A stretch of DNA of 64,000 bases from an uncultured Solobacterium sp. (GCA_905235315.1 CAJOLG010000001.1:4944-68943), one strand, 5' to 3'; shown: positions 29,867 through 39,794, counted from the first letter of the stretch. Notes: a model not told the origin generated them from the letters alone. Made by a program: numbers and translations.

Positions 29867-30428
29867 TCTCTCTATCCTCTCCTTCGTTTTCGTTTCCCTG
29901 CTCAATGCCCGCAAACCGAAGGGCCTGCGCCGGAGTTTCCGCAAAGCAGATGCGGGAAAGATCTTCTTCGCGCAGAAATCCTTCCTCCACCATTTTACAG
30001 TACATATGTTTCAGATCATCATAATAGCCGTCAGGACTGAACAGAATGCATGGCTTGTTCAGATGTCCGATCCGTACGGCAGAGATGACTTCACTGATCT
30101 CTTCCATCGTTCCGGGACCGCCCGGCAACGCAATAAACGCATCGCCGAGTTCGATCATCTTCTGTTTCCGTTCGCTCATTGTCTTCACAACATACACGGT
30201 ATCCAGTTTTTTATGCCGCCGGCTCAGGAAAAACTCGGGGATCACGCCGATCACCGATCCGCCGGCCGCAAGAACGGCATCGGCCGCAGGGCCCATGAGC
30301 CCGTCGCCCGCACCGCCGTAAACCATGGTATTTCCGGTGCGTCCGATTCCGCTGCCGAGTTCTTCGGCATAGCGGAGATAGCGCGGGTCGTTTCCCCGCA
30401 TGGATCCAAGATATACGGTAATATTCAT
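29850..30428 (-). CDS. LOG family (TIGR00730) nucleotide phosphoribohydrolase
   Basis: VYGGAGDGLMG, MSERK and ALPGGPGTMEE motifs. Confidence 0.9.
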   Translation of the reverse strand: MNITVYLGSMRGNDPRYLRYAEELGSGIGRTGNTMVYGGAGDGLMGPAADAVLAAGGSVIGVIPEFFLSRRHKKLDTVYVVKTMSERKQKMIELGDAFIALPGGPGTMEEISEVISAVRIGHLNKPCILFSPDGYYDDLKHMYCKMVEEGFLREEDLSRICFAETPAQALRFAGIEQGNENEGEDRENETND

Positions 30429-31120
30429 TCTCCGGTTCTCCGTTTCATCGTTTTCAGCTGAGCTTTCAGCGCATCCGGCACGCGGAAACTTTCCTGCGCC
30501 TTGCGGATCGTCATATTGTGCGTCCAGCTGTCCATACGTTCCTCCGCAAGAAGCGGCAGGATCGCTTCCGGCTGTTTTGCCAGCCCGGTTGCCATATACC
30601 ATGCCTGCATCATCCGGACGTAATACTCTTCTGACCGCAGCGCAGCGATCCGCGCTGCCTGGTCTTTGGAAAACGCCGCATCCAGATAATAAGCCATGTA
30701 TAAACCAATTGCGGTACGCACCGTATACGGCTGGTCGCTTTCGAGCCAGCGCTCCAGAATCGGTTCCGCTTCTTCGGTATGCTTCACAACCACCTTCGGC
30801 CGGATGGCATCGGTGACATTCCAGCATTCCACATACGGCAGAAACCGCTCCAGCTGTTCGATACAGGCCGCAAACTCCTTGATGGAACTGATCAGATATG
30901 CATGGATCATATTCTCTTCCAGATACCGGTGCGGCAGATCGTCCATAAACGCTTCCGCGTTTCCTTCCGCCGCAATCTGTTTTGCCAGTTTCCGCAGGGC
31001 GGGATTCCGCACGCCAAGGATCGACCTCCGGTCGATTCCCGGTGTAAGTCTTGCGACAAAGTCCCCGTTTTTGGGTTCTTCCATCTGTTCCAGCTCAGCC
31101 CGCATAATATGCTGTTTCAT
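30425..31120 (-). CDS. DNA alkylation repair protein (AlkD-like HEAT repeat)
   Basis: LGVRNPALRKLAK, LPHRYLEE, WNVTD and EYYVRMMQAWY motifs. Confidence 0.85.
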   Translation of the reverse strand: MKQHIMRAELEQMEEPKNGDFVARLTPGIDRRSILGVRNPALRKLAKQIAAEGNAEAFMDDLPHRYLEENMIHAYLISSIKEFAACIEQLERFLPYVECWNVTDAIRPKVVVKHTEEAEPILERWLESDQPYTVRTAIGLYMAYYLDAAFSKDQAARIAALRSEEYYVRMMQAWYMATGLAKQPEAILPLLAEERMDSWTHNMTIRKAQESFRVPDALKAQLKTMKRRTGE

Positions 31121-31175
31121 ATTCTTCTCCATTCGCAAAAGACATCCTCCGTTACATGCAGTTCATTCAGCCGGC

Positions 31176-31841
31176 TCACTGCTGCACACGCTCTCGGATA
31201 TAGCGCTCGATCTTCGCTGCTTCTTCCGCGTCAGCAGCAGGTTCAAAGAGAACCTGATAAACGATCCCGTCCTGTTCAAACGATATCCTGCTGACCGTTG
31301 GTTCTTCCGCGCTGTCTGCGGCAGGAGCCGCTCCTTGTTCCGCAGGAAGCAACGTCAGACTGTTCTCGACGGCGGTTTCCGAACCGGTATCGGTAAGAAT
31401 GGTAACGGTACTGCCGCCGGCGGTCAGAACGATCCGGCCGGAGGTATCCGACACCTGCTCATATTCCGGCCTGGCTTCCGGGGCATACCCGTCCATGTCG
31501 GGAATCCGGTATCCAAGGGCATTTGAGAGATCCTCTGCCCGGAGGCGGTCCGCTTCCTCTGCTTCCGCAGATTCTTCCGTCGGGAGCGCATCATACATCA
31601 CGGCAGACTCTGTCTCTGCCTCCGCTGCGGAAGCCGCATCCGGAGATGCCTTATGCCGGGGCAGAATCAGAAATGCGAACAGCGCAAGCACACACGCAAA
31701 AACCGCCGCAAAGCGCCATCCCGGAACGGAGCGCCGTGCAGGTTTGACATCGGCCTCCATGATATTCCTGAGGATCGTTTCCTTTTGGGTCTCATCCAGC
31801 CGGATTGTTTCGTTGTATTTCTGATACTTATTCGAAGTCAT
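31176..31841 (-). CDS. Single-TM putative anti-sigma factor
   Basis: Short cytoplasmic N-domain, one TM, acidic extracellular domain; overlaps the ECF sigma gene. Confidence 0.6.
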   Translation of the reverse strand: MTSNKYQKYNETIRLDETQKETILRNIMEADVKPARRSVPGWRFAAVFACVLALFAFLILPRHKASPDAASAAEAETESAVMYDALPTEESAEAEEADRLRAEDLSNALGYRIPDMDGYAPEARPEYEQVSDTSGRIVLTAGGSTVTILTDTGSETAVENSLTLLPAEQGAAPAADSAEEPTVSRISFEQDGIVYQVLFEPAADAEEAAKIERYIRERVQQ

Positions 31842-32319
31842 AACTGTCCTTTAATATTTCTTTCAGTTTCTCTCTGGCGCGAAAGAGATCGGACCGGACG
31901 GTTCCTTCCCGTCTTCCGACAATCTCCGCGATCTCCTTCACGGAATAGCCTTCCTGATAAAACAGATGGATCACCTCCCGGTAGCGTTCCGGAAGATTTC
32001 CTGTTGCCTCCCAGACAAACTTCAGATCCGCATCCTGCGTGCTCTCTGTGTTGTCAGGGAGTTCCTCTGCCGCATGGGCTTTCTGAAACCGGAGCCGGTT
32101 GCGGGAGAGATTGGCCGCCGTCTTCATCAGCCACCCCTTTTCCTTCGCGGCATCCCCATTGAAGTCCGGTTCATACCGCAGCAGCTGGATGATCGTATCC
32201 TGCACGACCTCCTGCGCATCCGCTTCGTTCCGCAGATAGGAACAGGCAAGGCGAAAAAGACTGTCGCCGTACAGATCCAGAATGCGCCTTACATGCAGTT
32301 CCCGCTGTGAAAGTGCCAT
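31828..32319 (-). CDS. ECF RNA polymerase sigma factor
   Basis: Region 2 (ADAQEVVQDT, WLMKTAANL) and region 4 (LPERYREVIHL, SVKEIA, GTVRSDLFRAR). Confidence 0.9.
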   Translation of the reverse strand: MALSQRELHVRRILDLYGDSLFRLACSYLRNEADAQEVVQDTIIQLLRYEPDFNGDAAKEKGWLMKTAANLSRNRLRFQKAHAAEELPDNTESTQDADLKFVWEATGNLPERYREVIHLFYQEGYSVKEIAEIVGRREGTVRSDLFRAREKLKEILKDSYDFE

Positions 32320-32416
32320 ACCGATATTCTATACTGCCCCGAGGGTTCCTCTCAATCCCGGCATCCTCACACTGGAAACACGGAAGGTCCCGGTTCCGCT
32401 GCAGAAAAAAGACAGA

Positions 32417-32959
32417 TTACTCTGTCTTTTCCTTTCCTTCCGGTGCGCTCTTTGCGGCTTTGGGTTCCGCCGGCTTTGCGGCGGGAGTCTTCGCGGCTGT
32501 TTGTTTTGCCTTCGGATGGGCTGCCTTTTTCGCGATGCCCGCATGTTTTGAAAGATAACTGCGCACTTCCTTCATCTTGTCCGGCGGAAAATACATCGGT
32601 GTAGGTGCCCGCCGGATCGTGAAATTCACACAGTGATTCTCATCATCCACCGTGATCGGCTTTGTCTTTTCATAGGTGTAAAGACGTCCGATCATGACGA
32701 CGCCCTTCGGTGAGAGACCGGATTCCATTTTCCAATAGATGCCTCCCATCACCACCAGCAGGATCGTCTGAATCCAGCGGAATACACCGCTGTAGTTAAA
32801 GAATCCCAGCAGCGCAATCGCCCAGAACATCGCAGGTATGACCCACCGCGGGCCGATCACCGTCTTTACCTCAATCTCCTTTGAATTGTTGTACATCCGG
32901 TACAGCATATACAGTATCACTGCGTCGAGTACATAAAAGATAATATCTCCAACTGTCAT
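32417..32959 (-). CDS. Hypothetical membrane protein (3 TM, small soluble domain, Lys/Ala/Pro-rich tail)
   Basis: ORF with typical codon usage and SD; hydrophobic N-terminal half. Confidence 0.65.
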   Translation of the reverse strand: MTVGDIIFYVLDAVILYMLYRMYNNSKEIEVKTVIGPRWVIPAMFWAIALLGFFNYSGVFRWIQTILLVVMGGIYWKMESGLSPKGVVMIGRLYTYEKTKPITVDDENHCVNFTIRRAPTPMYFPPDKMKEVRSYLSKHAGIAKKAAHPKAKQTAAKTPAAKPAEPKAAKSAPEGKEKTE

Positions 32960-33018
32960 CTTTCTTCCAACCTCTGATTCTCGTTCGGAAAAGACGGATC
33001 GCTCCGCCTTCTCCGTTT

Positions 33019-33702
33019 TTACGCAACCGGATATTTGATCCGTTTTCCGTCGACCGTTGTCTGCACGATCTCGGTAATGGTATACCCTGCCTGCAGGAGA
33101 ATATCGCGCATCCGTTCCACCGGAATCTCACCGGTTGCCTTGACAACCACTTCCGTTCCGCGTTCTTCGGTATGGAATACCGCAAGGCTCTCCACATTTG
33201 CGTAGTTATCCGCAAAGAGTTTGGAGATTCCCTGGAAGTATCCCGGCTTGTCCACACAGCGGATGACAAACCGCGTCCCGCGCTTGCCGTATCCGAGCAG
33301 GTCGACAAATGCCTGGAACATATCTTTTTCCGTGATGATTCCCACAACATGACGCATTCTGTCTACCACCGGCAGAACCGAAATATTGTTGTCGATCATG
33401 ATCTTGGCTGCTTCCTCCAGGAAGACATCTTCGGTTGTCGTTTTGACATCCTTGATCATGAAATCCTTGACCGTCCGCTTGGAAAGCAGATAGTTCAGTT
33501 CATAGATCGAAAGCGATGTGAACTGTGCACCGCTGCTCTCTTCCACCGTTCCCTGGGTAACAAGACCGACAAGTTCGCCGTTTGCGTCAACGACCGGAAG
33601 GCGGTGGAAATTGTTCTTCCCCATGATTTCAACGGCTTTGGAAATGGAGACATCTTCGGTAACCGTCTGGGGATTCTTCGTCATATGATCCTTAACGTAC
33701 AT
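33019..33702 (-). CDS. CBS-pair + ACT protein (AcuB-like)
   Basis: MYVKDHMTKNP, two CBS repeats, C-terminal ACT; commonly follows livF. Confidence 0.9.
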   Translation of the reverse strand: MYVKDHMTKNPQTVTEDVSISKAVEIMGKNNFHRLPVVDANGELVGLVTQGTVEESSGAQFTSLSIYELNYLLSKRTVKDFMIKDVKTTTEDVFLEEAAKIMIDNNISVLPVVDRMRHVVGIITEKDMFQAFVDLLGYGKRGTRFVIRCVDKPGYFQGISKLFADNYANVESLAVFHTEERGTEVVVKATGEIPVERMRDILLQAGYTITEIVQTTVDGKRIKYPVA

Positions 33703-33705
33703 GAT

Positions 33706-34410
33706 TTATCCTCCTAAATACGCTTTTTGGACACGCTCATCCTTCGCAAGTTCGGAGCCTGTTCCGGAGAGTGTGATGGTTCCGGTTTCAAGTACATATG
33801 CATGGTTTGCGATTGCAAGTGCGCGTTTTGCGTTCTGTTCTACAAGCAGGACCGTTGTCCCCTGTTTGTTGATTTCTTCGATAATACTGAAGATTTCCGA
33901 TACCAGAAGCGGAGAAAGTCCCATGGACGGCTCATCCAGCAGGAGGATCTTCGGGTCTGCCATCAGGGCGCGGCCCATCGCAAGCATCTGCTGTTCGCCG
34001 CCGGACAGTGTACCGGCAAGCTGAGTACGGCGTTCTTTCAGACGCGGAAACAGGTCATAAACCCGGTCCATGTCTTTGTTTATCATGTTCTTATCCTTGC
34101 GGGAGAACGCGCCGAGAATCAGGTTTTCTTCTACCGTCTCCTGCGCGAATACCCGCCGTCCTTCCGGAACCTGGGCAAGCCCGCGGCTCACAATGGTGTG
34201 CGGCGGTACTTTTGTGAGATCGGTTCCGTCCAGAAAGATCGAACCGGATGCGGGTTTGATCAGACCGGAGATGGCATGCATTGTGGTTGTTTTGCCGGCA
34301 CCGTTGGCACCGATCAGGGTGACGATTTCGCCGTCTTTTACTTCAAAGGTGATTCCTTTGATTGCTTCGATCATACCATAGCGTACGACCAGGTTTTCTA
34401 CATTCAGCAT
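33706..34410 (-). CDS. livF: Branched-chain amino acid ABC ATPase
   Basis: GANGAGKTT and LSGGEQQMLAMGRAL motifs. Confidence 0.93.
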   Translation of the reverse strand: MLNVENLVVRYGMIEAIKGITFEVKDGEIVTLIGANGAGKTTTMHAISGLIKPASGSIFLDGTDLTKVPPHTIVSRGLAQVPEGRRVFAQETVEENLILGAFSRKDKNMINKDMDRVYDLFPRLKERRTQLAGTLSGGEQQMLAMGRALMADPKILLLDEPSMGLSPLLVSEIFSIIEEINKQGTTVLLVEQNAKRALAIANHAYVLETGTITLSGTGSELAKDERVQKAYLGG

Positions 34411-34416
34411 ATTCGG

Positions 34417-35190
34417 TCACTCTCCCAGATAAGCCTTGATAACCTGCGGATTTGCCTGAATCTCAGCAGGTGTTCCTTCTGCCAGCAGCATTCCGTAGTT
34501 GAGAACGGAAATGCGCTCGCAGATTCCCATGACAAGCTTCATGTCATGTTCGATCAGAAGGATCGCAATCCGGAAGTGATCTCTCACAAACCGGATCATA
34601 TCCATGAGATCCGCTGTCTCCTGCGGGTTCATGCCGGCAGCCGGCTCATCCAGCAGAAGCAGCTTCGGTTCGGTTGCCATTGCCCGGGCGATTTCCAGCC
34701 GCCGCTGTGCGCCGTACGGCAGGTTTCCGGCAATGAGATTGGCATTCTTTTCAAGCCCGAAGATCTTAAGAATCTCCATCGCTTCTTCCGTGGTTTTCGC
34801 TTCCTGCTCCCGGAATTTCGGGGTGCGGAAGACCGCATCCGCATTGTTATAGGTAATCTTGTTGTGCATTCCTATTTTGACATTGTCAATGACACTCATA
34901 TTCGAGAAGAGACGGATGTTCTGGAAGGTGCGCGCGATACCGGCCTTGTTCATCTCCACAACCGTCAGCTTTTCCGTATCCTGTCCTAAAAACCGGATTG
35001 TGCCGCGGCTGGGCTGATAGACCTTCGTCAGCATATTGAACACGGTTGTTTTGCCTGCGCCGTTCGGGCCGATGAGGCCGACGATTTCTTCGCTGAACAC
35101 CTGAAGACTGAAGTCATTGACCGCGGTCAGTCCTCCGAAATCGATTCCGAGATCGATTACTTCAAGAACGGGAATCTTATTCTCACTCAT
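34417..35190 (-). CDS. livG: Branched-chain amino acid ABC ATPase
   Basis: GPNGAGKTT, LPYGAQRRLEIARA and IEHDM motifs; start at MSENK. Confidence 0.93.
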   Translation of the reverse strand: MSENKIPVLEVIDLGIDFGGLTAVNDFSLQVFSEEIVGLIGPNGAGKTTVFNMLTKVYQPSRGTIRFLGQDTEKLTVVEMNKAGIARTFQNIRLFSNMSVIDNVKIGMHNKITYNNADAVFRTPKFREQEAKTTEEAMEILKIFGLEKNANLIAGNLPYGAQRRLEIARAMATEPKLLLLDEPAAGMNPQETADLMDMIRFVRDHFRIAILLIEHDMKLVMGICERISVLNYGMLLAEGTPAEIQANPQVIKAYLGE

Positions 35191-36268
35191 CTGCAGCCGC
35201 CTCCTTTTCCCGGTTTCCGGGCAGCTTCTTGCGCAGCGAGGCCACCAGTGAAAGAACCGTTTCATTGTTGGAAAGAATCATTGTAAGGATCAGGATCACC
35301 GAATAGATGATCATACGATAGTCCTGCAGACCGCGGAGCAGCTCCGGAAGAAGCACGAGGATGACCGTCGAGATGATCGTTCCGGTCATGTTTCCAAGGC
35401 CGCCGAGAACCACGTATACCAGAATCAGGATCGAAAGATTGAATCCGAACTTTGCCGGAATCAGGGTGGAATAGTTCAGGCCATAGAGGGCTCCGGCAGC
35501 GCCGGCAAGCGCAGCGGAAACCACAAACGCCAGCATCTTGGTGTTCGCCACATGGATGCCGACCGACTCTGCCGCGATACGGTTATCCCGGCAAGCCTGA
35601 ATCGCCCGGCCGCTCCGGCTGTAAATCAGATTGTATACGATCGTGAGGGCCGCAAGAATCAGCAGCACGCCAACGGTAAAGGTGGCGATGCGTTCCGTAC
35701 CGGTTGCGCCCATCGGGCCGCTGATCAGCGTCTTTCCTCCGGGCTCAAGATGAAGTTTGTTTTCCACAAAGCTGAACTGGAAGCCGTTTTTGTCAAATCC
35801 GAGGTAAACGTTGTTGATCAGGGATTTGATGATCTCACCGAAGGCAAGCGTAACGATCGCAAGATAGTCGCCCTGCAGCTTCAGAACCGGAATACCGATC
35901 ACGACACCGCACAGTGATGCGAGCAGTGCACCGATCAGGATCGCAAGAATGAGCCGGATGATGCCGTTGGGAATTACAGAGGCAAGCGCGCCGGAAACAC
36001 AGACACCGGAAAAGGCACCGATGCACATGAATCCTGCCTGGCCGAGGTTGAGCTCGCCGGAAACACCGACGTTCAGGTTCAGGCCGAGCGCCGCAACAAT
36101 ATAACAGGTTACCGGAATCAGCAGCGACTGAATCATGCTGGAGAGATTTCCGGAAGCCATCATGATTTCAAGAACAATATAGGCAATGATGACAATCAGA
36201 TACGAGGTCAGACGGCTGCGGTATTCTTTTGCCATAAGTTTTTTGAAAAAACCTGTTTCCTTCTTCAT
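35183..36268 (-). CDS. livM: Branched-chain amino acid ABC permease
   Basis: GELNLGQAGF, GDYLAIVTLAFGEI and VVLGGLG motifs. Confidence 0.92.
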   Translation of the reverse strand: MKKETGFFKKLMAKEYRSRLTSYLIVIIAYIVLEIMMASGNLSSMIQSLLIPVTCYIVAALGLNLNVGVSGELNLGQAGFMCIGAFSGVCVSGALASVIPNGIIRLILAILIGALLASLCGVVIGIPVLKLQGDYLAIVTLAFGEIIKSLINNVYLGFDKNGFQFSFVENKLHLEPGGKTLISGPMGATGTERIATFTVGVLLILAALTIVYNLIYSRSGRAIQACRDNRIAAESVGIHVANTKMLAFVVSAALAGAAGALYGLNYSTLIPAKFGFNLSILILVYVVLGGLGNMTGTIISTVILVLLPELLRGLQDYRMIIYSVILILTMILSNNETVLSLVASLRKKLPGNREKEAAADE

Positions 36269-36280
36269 ACCATCCCCTCC

Positions 36281-37162
36281 TTACACTTTCTCACTCTGTT
36301 TTTTGCCGAGCAGGCCGGTCGGCTTGATCAGAAGAACAACAATGAGAATGCCGAATACGATCGCATCACTGAGCTGCGTGGATATATATGCCTTGGACAG
36401 GATCTCAATAATCCCGAGCAGGAGTCCCCCGAGAAATGCGCCGGGGATGGAGCCGATCCCGCCGAAGACGGCAGCTGTAAATGCCTTGATGCCGGGCATG
36501 GAGCCAAGCGTCGGGCTTAAGGTCGGATAGGTGGAACATAACAGCACCGCCGCAAGCGCCGCAATGCCGGATCCGATTGCGAATGTGATGGAAATAATAC
36601 TGTTGACGTTGATTCCCATCAGTGTGGCAGCGCCCTTGTCTTCCGAGCATGCGCGCATCGCCATACCGGTTTTGGTCTTACTGATGAAGAGCGTGAGACA
36701 GACCATGACGGCGATACAGATGGAAATCGTAACCAGTGTGAGATAGGAGATCTGCAGCTGTCCGCCGAACAGTTTCACAGATCCGTTACTGACAATCGAA
36801 GGGAAAACCTTTGTGGAAGAGGACCACAGCAGCTGTGCTGCGTTCTGCAGAAAGTAGCTGACACCGATTGCGGTGATCAGTACCGAAAGGCTTGTTGCAT
36901 TCCGCAGCGGCTTATACGCAAGCCGTTCGATAATGACACCCAGCAAGGTTGTCGCCAGCATGCTGATAAGCACTGCCGGAATTACCGGAAGCCCATAACT
37001 GTTTAACGCAAAAAACGCCACGTATGCGCCGACCATCATGATATCGCCGTGTGCAAAGTTCAGCATCTTCGCAATGCCATAGACCATGGTGTATCCAAGT
37101 GCAATGATTGCGTACACGCTCCCCAGACTCAGCCCATTGATCAGATATGATAAAAAGGCCAT
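36281..37162 (-). CDS. livH: Branched-chain amino acid ABC permease
   Basis: IALGYTMVYG..NFAHG and AAVFGGIGSIPGA motifs. Confidence 0.93.
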   Translation of the reverse strand: MAFLSYLINGLSLGSVYAIIALGYTMVYGIAKMLNFAHGDIMMVGAYVAFFALNSYGLPVIPAVLISMLATTLLGVIIERLAYKPLRNATSLSVLITAIGVSYFLQNAAQLLWSSSTKVFPSIVSNGSVKLFGGQLQISYLTLVTISICIAVMVCLTLFISKTKTGMAMRACSEDKGAATLMGINVNSIISITFAIGSGIAALAAVLLCSTYPTLSPTLGSMPGIKAFTAAVFGGIGSIPGAFLGGLLLGIIEILSKAYISTQLSDAIVFGILIVVLLIKPTGLLGKKQSEKV

Positions 37163-37249
37163 AATTTAATCCCCCTTCCCTTAAAAATACAATAAGGTTG
37201 CCGATGTTTCCATCAGCAACCTCAGAAAAACCTGCAAAAATTCGTGCGA

Positions 37250-38482
37250 TCAGTCTTCTACGCCAACGTAAACACCGTTTTTGATAACGACTGCTTTCGG
37301 AGCCTTGGAGACTTCACCGCTTGCGTCCCAGTTAACATCCGAACCTGTGAGGCCGTTGAATGTCATGGAAGTGAACTGGCTGACAAGTGCGTCCTTGATG
37401 TCCGCATTGCTCATGTCGCTGGTAACGCCGGAAGCTTCGATTGCCTGTGCAATTGCATAGATGCAGTCATATGCGTCTGCTGCGAACTGGTTCGGTGTTT
37501 CACCGAATTTGCTCTGATAGTTGGCAACGAAGTTCTTTGTCAGATCATCCGATGCGTCTGCAGAGAACGGTGTGAGGAGGTAAACGCCTTCCGCAAGGCT
37601 TGTGTCAAAGCCTTCCATGGAGAGGATACCGTCCATGCCGTCAACGCCGAATACGGTCGGCGCATAGCCCATGTCATTCGCCTGCTTGAGGATCGTGGAA
37701 GCCGGCTGGTAGTAGATCGGGAGGAAGAGGATGTCAGCACCGGCATCCTTTGCCTTGGTGATCTGAACATTGAAGTCATTGTCTTCACCCATGAATGCTT
37801 CATCGGAAACAACCTCAAGACCCTTTTCCGCAGCCTCTGCTACGAATTTGTCATGAATACCGATGGAGTACTGGTCATCATTCTTGTAGATGATGCCGAC
37901 CTTTGTACCGAGATTGGTGTGAGCTGCCAGGTAGTCCGCAGAAGCGACACCCTGGTTCGGATCTGTAAAGCACATCTGGAAGATATTTCCATAAGGGTTC
38001 GCTGCGTTCGCCGCATCACCGTAGATGACTGCGAGCGAAGAACCGGACGGTGTGATCGCAAATGTGCTGTCTTCCTGATACAGCGGAGCGACCGCAGCAC
38101 CCGGAGCGGAAGTAACGGTAAGCAGGGAGATCTGCAGACCCCAGTCTTTCAGAGCGTTGTACGCATTGACTGCCTTTTCTGCATCGTGCTCATCATCTTC
38201 CATTGTGAACTCCAATGCGATCTTGCCTTCTGCGTTGATTTCGCTGACTGCGATCTCAGCCGCATTCTTGACTGCCTGTCCGTAAACGGAAGCGCCGCCT
38301 GTCAGCGGGCCGGAGAGGCCGATTTTGAATGCGCCGGCTGCTGCCGCCGCAGGTGCTTCCGCACCTTCCTCTGCCGCAGGAGTTTCTGTCGCAGCGGAAG
38401 AACCGCTGTTGGAGCAGGCTGCCATGGACAATGCCATGAAGGCAGCGAGTCCTCCTTTAAGAAGTTTTTCGAATTTCATCAT
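37250..38482 (-). CDS. livK: Branched-chain amino acid ABC substrate-binding lipoprotein
   Basis: Lipobox MAAC; KIGLSGPLTG, DDEHD, DPNQG and FAADAYD motifs. Confidence 0.9.
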   Translation of the reverse strand: MMKFEKLLKGGLAAFMALSMAACSNSGSSAATETPAAEEGAEAPAAAAAGAFKIGLSGPLTGGASVYGQAVKNAAEIAVSEINAEGKIALEFTMEDDEHDAEKAVNAYNALKDWGLQISLLTVTSAPGAAVAPLYQEDSTFAITPSGSSLAVIYGDAANAANPYGNIFQMCFTDPNQGVASADYLAAHTNLGTKVGIIYKNDDQYSIGIHDKFVAEAAEKGLEVVSDEAFMGEDNDFNVQITKAKDAGADILFLPIYYQPASTILKQANDMGYAPTVFGVDGMDGILSMEGFDTSLAEGVYLLTPFSADASDDLTKNFVANYQSKFGETPNQFAADAYDCIYAIAQAIEASGVTSDMSNADIKDALVSQFTSMTFNGLTGSDVNWDASGEVSKAPKAVVIKNGVYVGVED

Positions 38483-38526
38483 TCTTTCCCTCGATTTCTA
38501 ACTCCATATAAAATGAAGTTGTGTCT

Positions 38527-38555
38527 ATTATATTGAGTTGATTTCATCAATTCAA
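38527..38555 (-). promoter_or_regulatory. SigA promoter of the liv operon overlapped by a 23-bp palindrome
   Basis: TTGAAT-17-TATAAT on the minus strand; TTGAGTTGAT-ttc-ATCAATTCAA inverted repeat covers the -35 and spacer. Confidence 0.65.
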
Positions 38556-38687
38556 CACATTTCACCCCGTTTTTTTCATTTTTTGCAGAAAATTTATGAA
38601 AATTATTCATTCTTTCTTTTCCGTTTCCCGGTTGAAACTCCGGCCCAAACTCGCTAAATTAGACAGGACAGAAAGAAACTTGGAAAT

Positions 38688-39794
38688 ATGGAAAACGAAA
38701 CGAAATCAATTAATTATTGGAAAGTTCTATCTTTTATTCTTCTGGCCCTGCTGATCGGTCTCGGCTGTCTCTTTGCGTCATCCGGCGCAGGCGCCGGCAG
38801 TGCCCCTTCGGAAAACGCCCCCGTAACAGAAGCTGTTCTCTCCTCCTGGACAAGCGATGCGGCATCCCGGCAGGCCCTTGCGGACTACATCAACGCAATC
38901 ACCGATGAAACCGGCCCGGATTTCATTCCGGCGGAAGACCGGATTGCCGTATTTGATCTTGACGGTACGCTCTTCTGCGAAACCGACCCGGTATATTTTG
39001 ACTACCAGCTTCTCCGGTACCGGGTAACCGAAGATCCGACGTATATCGATAAGGCCAGCGACTTCGAAAAGGAAGTTGCGCAGAAGATTCAGGTCATGAT
39101 CGATACCGGCGAAAGCGCTTCGGGGCTGGAAGTCGATCACGGCAAAGCGGTCGCTTCCGCATTTGCGGGAATGACCATCCGTGAATTCAACGACTATGTT
39201 CAGGCATTCAAATCACAGCCGGCTCCGGGCTATGAAGGCATGACCCGCGGGGAAGCGTTCTATCAGCCGATGCTTGAGGTAATTGACTACCTGACGGGAA
39301 ATGACTTCAAGGTTTATATCGTAAGCGGCACGGACCGCCTGATCGTCCGGGGCATCTGTGACGGCAGCCTGGATATTCCCAACTCCCAGATCATCGGCTC
39401 GGATGAGACCATCGTCGCAAAGAATCAGGAAGGTGCGGACGGCCTGGATTATCTGTATTCCAATACGGATGATCTCGTGCTCGGCGGGGATTTCATCATC
39501 AAGAATCTGAAAATGAACAAAGTCAGCGTGATCATGCAGGAAATCGGGCAGCAGCCCGTGCTCTCCTTCGGAAACAGCAGCGGAGATTCCAGCATGGCAG
39601 AATTTGTCACTCTGAATAACCCCTATAAGAGCCTTGCATTCATGCTGTGCTGTGATGATGAAGTGCGGGAAAACGGAAACAAGCAGAAAGCGCAGAAAAT
39701 GTATGATACCTGCGCCGAAAATAACTGGATTCCGATTTCCATGGAAAAGGACTGGACAACCATTTATAAAGACGGGGTAACCCGCAGACAATAA
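38688..39794 (+). CDS. Membrane-anchored HAD-family phosphatase
   Basis: N-terminal TM; AVFDLDGTL, IVSG, K and FGNSSGD motifs. Confidence 0.85.
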   Translation: MENETKSINYWKVLSFILLALLIGLGCLFASSGAGAGSAPSENAPVTEAVLSSWTSDAASRQALADYINAITDETGPDFIPAEDRIAVFDLDGTLFCETDPVYFDYQLLRYRVTEDPTYIDKASDFEKEVAQKIQVMIDTGESASGLEVDHGKAVASAFAGMTIREFNDYVQAFKSQPAPGYEGMTRGEAFYQPMLEVIDYLTGNDFKVYIVSGTDRLIVRGICDGSLDIPNSQIIGSDETIVAKNQEGADGLDYLYSNTDDLVLGGDFIIKNLKMNKVSVIMQEIGQQPVLSFGNSSGDSSMAEFVTLNNPYKSLAFMLCCDDEVRENGNKQKAQKMYDTCAENNWIPISMEKDWTTIYKDGVTRRQ

